This document shows, in pieces, positions 60,390 to 64,000 of a DNA stretch of 64,000 nt. The notes beneath the pieces are model-generated. The model was not told the DNA's origin. It ran no database searches and worked only from the letters and a program-made list of their open reading frames with translations. A program made the translations under genes and the position numbers. The DNA comes from Eledone cirrhosa (taxonomy: Eukaryota): positions 72,850,001 through 72,914,000 of the forward strand of contig OZ024740.1 of the NCBI GenBank assembly GCA_964016885.1, given 5' to 3'. Position 1 is the stretch's first letter; every line of letters begins with the position of its first letter.

Positions 60390-60589
60390 TACGACGGTGG
60401 ACTGAAAAGTTCATAGGCTGACTCTGAAGGAATGATGCTAGAGTTGTGAAATCTTGCATGCATTAATTTCAACTCTTATTAATAACTGCAATGTTTCTTT
60501 CCAGGGACTATGTTTAATAAATAAACCTCATTTGTTCATTCCATGAGAGTATTTCGGTCAGCCTATGCACTTTTCAGCCGACTCTCGTA
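60390..60589. mobile_element. Mariner-type MITE
   Basis: TA-CGACGGTGGACTGAAAAGTTCATAGGCTGAC / GTCAGCCTATGCACTTTTCAGCCGACTCTCG-TA. Confidence 0.82.
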
Positions 60590-61397
60590 ATTAGGTCAAA
60601 ACATTGTTTCTACTTTAGGCACAAGGCCAGCAATTATCCCAGTGCATTACTGGTGCTTTATTTTATCGACCCCGTATGAAAGGAAAAGTTAACCTTGGCG
60701 GGATTTCAACTCAGATCATAAAGGGAGGTAACTCTATGCTTTAAAGCATGGCTTCCTACCCTCTATCGATACTGCCAATCAATTGTTTGTGTTTACCATG
60801 TGTGAGGTTGAACCAGACTGTGTTTGGAGGTGGAGAAGCATATCTACTGAAGATTATCTGTCTAGTCACCTAGATTAGGGGGGTGTGTGTGTGTAGGGGG
60901 GGGGGGGGATCTGGAGCTTTAACTACATGAAGTTCAGGGTTTTAAATCTGACAATTATTGGAATATAGTTGTGATGATACATCCCTTGTTATTATTTGGT
61001 CAGATTTCTCAGATTGATAAACAATCAGTGGATGGAGCTTTAGATATCTCCAGGAAGTATACACCGACTAAGAGTAGAGGACTGGCAGATTCGTTACAAC
61101 ATAGGACAAATACTAAGCTGTGTTTCTTCTGGTTCATTACACTGTGAGTTCAAATCCGGTCGACGGCAATTTTGACTCTTATTCTATTTTGATCAATAAA
61201 ATAAAGTAGCAGTTAAATACTCGTGGTGATACAAAATATACAAAATAGGAGTTTAAATATTCTTTAGCCTTGAACCTAGGTTTTATTCTACTTTAAATTA
61301 TTGTTGTTGACGTCATTGGTTTGCGAAACTTAGCATGTCTCATCTACGTTCCGAATTTACAGTGGTGAGTATTCTGGTTTGCTATATACAAACCTAC

Positions 61398-61850
61398 CTT
61401 GTGTACCCTCCTTCAATTTGTACCCTCCTTCACTATGTATCCCCTTTCACTATGTACACCCCTTCACTATGTACCCTCCTTCACTATGTACCCTTCTCTA
61501 CTCTGTATCTCCTTCCTTGTATCCACTCCCTCACTATGTACCCTCCTTCACTATGTACCCTTCTTCACTATGTTCCCTTCTTCACTATGTACCCCCTTCA
61601 CTCTGTACCCTCCTTCACTATGTTCCCTACTTCACTATGTACCCTCCTTCACTATGTACCCTCCTTCACTCTGTGCCCTACTTCACTATGTACCCGCCTT
61701 TACTATGTACCCTACTTCACTATGTACCCTCCTTCACTATGTACCCATCTTTACTATGTACCCTCCTTCACTATATATCCACCCTTACTATGTACCCACC
61801 CTTACTATATACCCACCTTTACTATGTACCCACCTTTACCCTGTATCCTT
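61398..61850. repeat. Minisatellite, ~17-bp unit
   Basis: TTCACTATGTACCCTCC repeated more than 20 times. Confidence 0.92.
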
Positions 61851-63056
61851 CTCCATCAATAATATTTAATCTAACAACAAGGTCCAGACATACCCTCCAT
61901 GTCACATGTCACATGTTACTTGTCACTTCTTACCTGTATGATATGTTATTTCAAGTGATTCTTAAAACCTTCAAACCAGCCACGATTTGCCCCAAAGATT
62001 TCATTTTCATGACAAAAAACACCGTTTTATCTTTAGTTATTAAGTAAATTTATGGTCAGACTAAGACTACTAAAGCCACACAAACTCTCTCTCACACACA
62101 CACACTTACACACACACACATAATAATCTATAAACTACATTTACACATATATGGCAGGCGGTTCATGTCAAGTTTAGATGGAGATATTTTTTCCATGTCA
62201 TTAAATTACAAACTCACACGCACAAATATTATATGTGTATGTATGTGTGTGTATGTATATATTTTCATATGCACCACCATTTGCAACGCGCAGCCATCAT
62301 TATTATCATATTTACACATAATTTTTCTTCTGCTGCCACCCGTCTGTTTCGTTCTTTGTACCTTTTACCCTTTCTCGTTCTTTGTACCTTTTACCCTTTC
62401 TAGCAGTCTCTCTCTCTGTTAGCCTCCTCCTCAACTTTCACTCACTCATTCTCTGTCACTACCTCTCCTCCTCCTCTTTCCTCCTCCTCCTTCAAGTTTG
62501 ACCTGCGTGTAATTCTTGGTCAAGCTGGTATGGAATTTTTTTCTCTCTCTCTCTTTCGTCTGCGACTTCACAAAACTTATGTTTACCGAATTCGTAGACC
62601 AGACCCCTTCTTCTTCTTCTTCTTCTTCTTCTTCTTCTTCTTCTTCTTCTTCTTCTTCTTCTTCTTCTTCTTCTTCTTCTTCTTCTTCTTCTTCTTCTTC
62701 TTCTTCTTCTTCTTCTTCTTCCCCCCGTTAGACCTGTGCGAAATTCCTTCCTTGCTCATATTTCAACCAGGTTTGATGGTCTTTTGTCTCTTGTTCACGA
62801 TTTCACCGAGTTTATATTCATAGAGATCTGGGACTTGTCTATTTCTTCTCACTTTCCGTTGCTTAAACCATTTTGTTTGTTACCCTAACGTCCCCTTTAT
62901 TTACGTGTCCCAACGACTTTTTTTAGCCGTTGTTCGCACCAACCTGAGGCATATGGCCCTTAAAGCGATGAAATGCCTGGGACCGTTGGAGGGTCACTGA
63001 TGAAGGACTTACTTTTTCATATGCACCACCATTTGCAACGCGCAGCCATCATTATT

Positions 63057-63135
<79 letters not shown>

Positions 63136-63391
63136 TAAAATAACAGATTAAAGTTTAAGCAAAGAATCTCTGCTTTCACCCTTATATATATATATATACA
63201 GATAAATCCACCAATTAATGGTAGGGTCCAAGCCGTATGAAGAACTCAATGTAATCCGTATGTAGAAGATGTCGTGAAGCAAAGTTTAAAATACTAAATT
63301 TTCAACGATATAATTCATTGGATACAGAGTCAAAAATACAAATAGTGAAAACAATGAAATTAAACAAAATACGGGTAATTCATAGTAAAAT

Positions 63392-63531
63392 TCATTATTT
63401 TACGATCGTTTCTGGGTGGTATGTTCTCCGTATGTTCATTCTATTAGTGATCTATGTAAAATATATTACAAATTATCAAAGTAAGAAAATATATATACGT
63501 CTTCCCTAACCGCCGTCTTCAGAAATAATGA
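63392..63531 (-). ncRNA. Type I hammerhead ribozyme with 103-nt helix II insertion (family D relative; element from ~63200)
   Basis: tcattattt-CTGAAGA-[103 nt]-GAAAC-GATC-GTA/aaataatga; perfect 9-bp helix I. Confidence 0.75.
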
Positions 63532-64000
63532 GTTTTGTTTATTGAAGAATATAAAAACATGTATGAATAAGTAACCTTTTAAGAACAAGGTTGAGATTGA
63601 CCAATAGTAAAAATAGGAAGGGGCAATATAGATCATTAAGCTGGTAGTAGTAGATGAATAAATTAGCAGTCAGAGGATGAGATATCGAATGACCTTTAAG
63701 AAAATAAAGTTGCGAGTGTAAAGGAATTTAGACAGATTGTATAGAAATTTCAGAAAAGTGTGGAGAGTCAAGGAAGATTAAAGTTGGAGGAAAAGGGGTG
63801 CAGATATCAGTGTGTTATATCCAGTAGAATAGTATAGAACAATCCTAAATATTTGTTATTTCTTTGTTCAAGAGGAATAATTTGTTCTAAAAATAGAACA
63901 AGTAGAGGAATATAGATAGAACCAAAGAAAAGTAAAAAGTAGATAAAAAATATATAGGTAAGAAAATAATAAAATTTGTGTAAGTATTGTATGGTGTTAG

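Noticed and set aside
61335-62047. Three overlapping repeat ORFs
   Set aside because: A minisatellite unit not divisible by three gives the same peptides in all frames.

Overview
AT-rich, extremely microsatellite-rich animal DNA. The SINE family and repeat landscape suggest an octopus/cephalopod genome (inference). There is a 200-N assembly gap. I found no intact protein-coding gene; most ORFs in the track are translations of simple repeats. Recognisable coding remnants are all transposon-derived: a decayed Penelope-like (PLE, Neptune-type) RT-thumb + GIY-YIG ORF that the ORF track misses (13035-14004), two R4/Dong-like REL-endonuclease LINEs, three Tx1-like LINE pieces, RTE derivatives, and mariner, hAT, Helitron and possible Tigger remnants. 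The main hidden structure is a set of about 10 sequence-divergent short elements inserted in (TA)n. Many carry type I hammerhead ribozyme (HHR) folds with mostly palindromic helix III. They are usually arranged as asymmetric head-to-head inverted pairs and share a covarying ACTC...GAGT 3' hairpin that lies just beyond where the short arm stops. One is a 310-bp tandem, HHR-bearing, retrozyme-like repeat (53777-54712). Ribozyme activity is inferred from sequence and hand-folding only.
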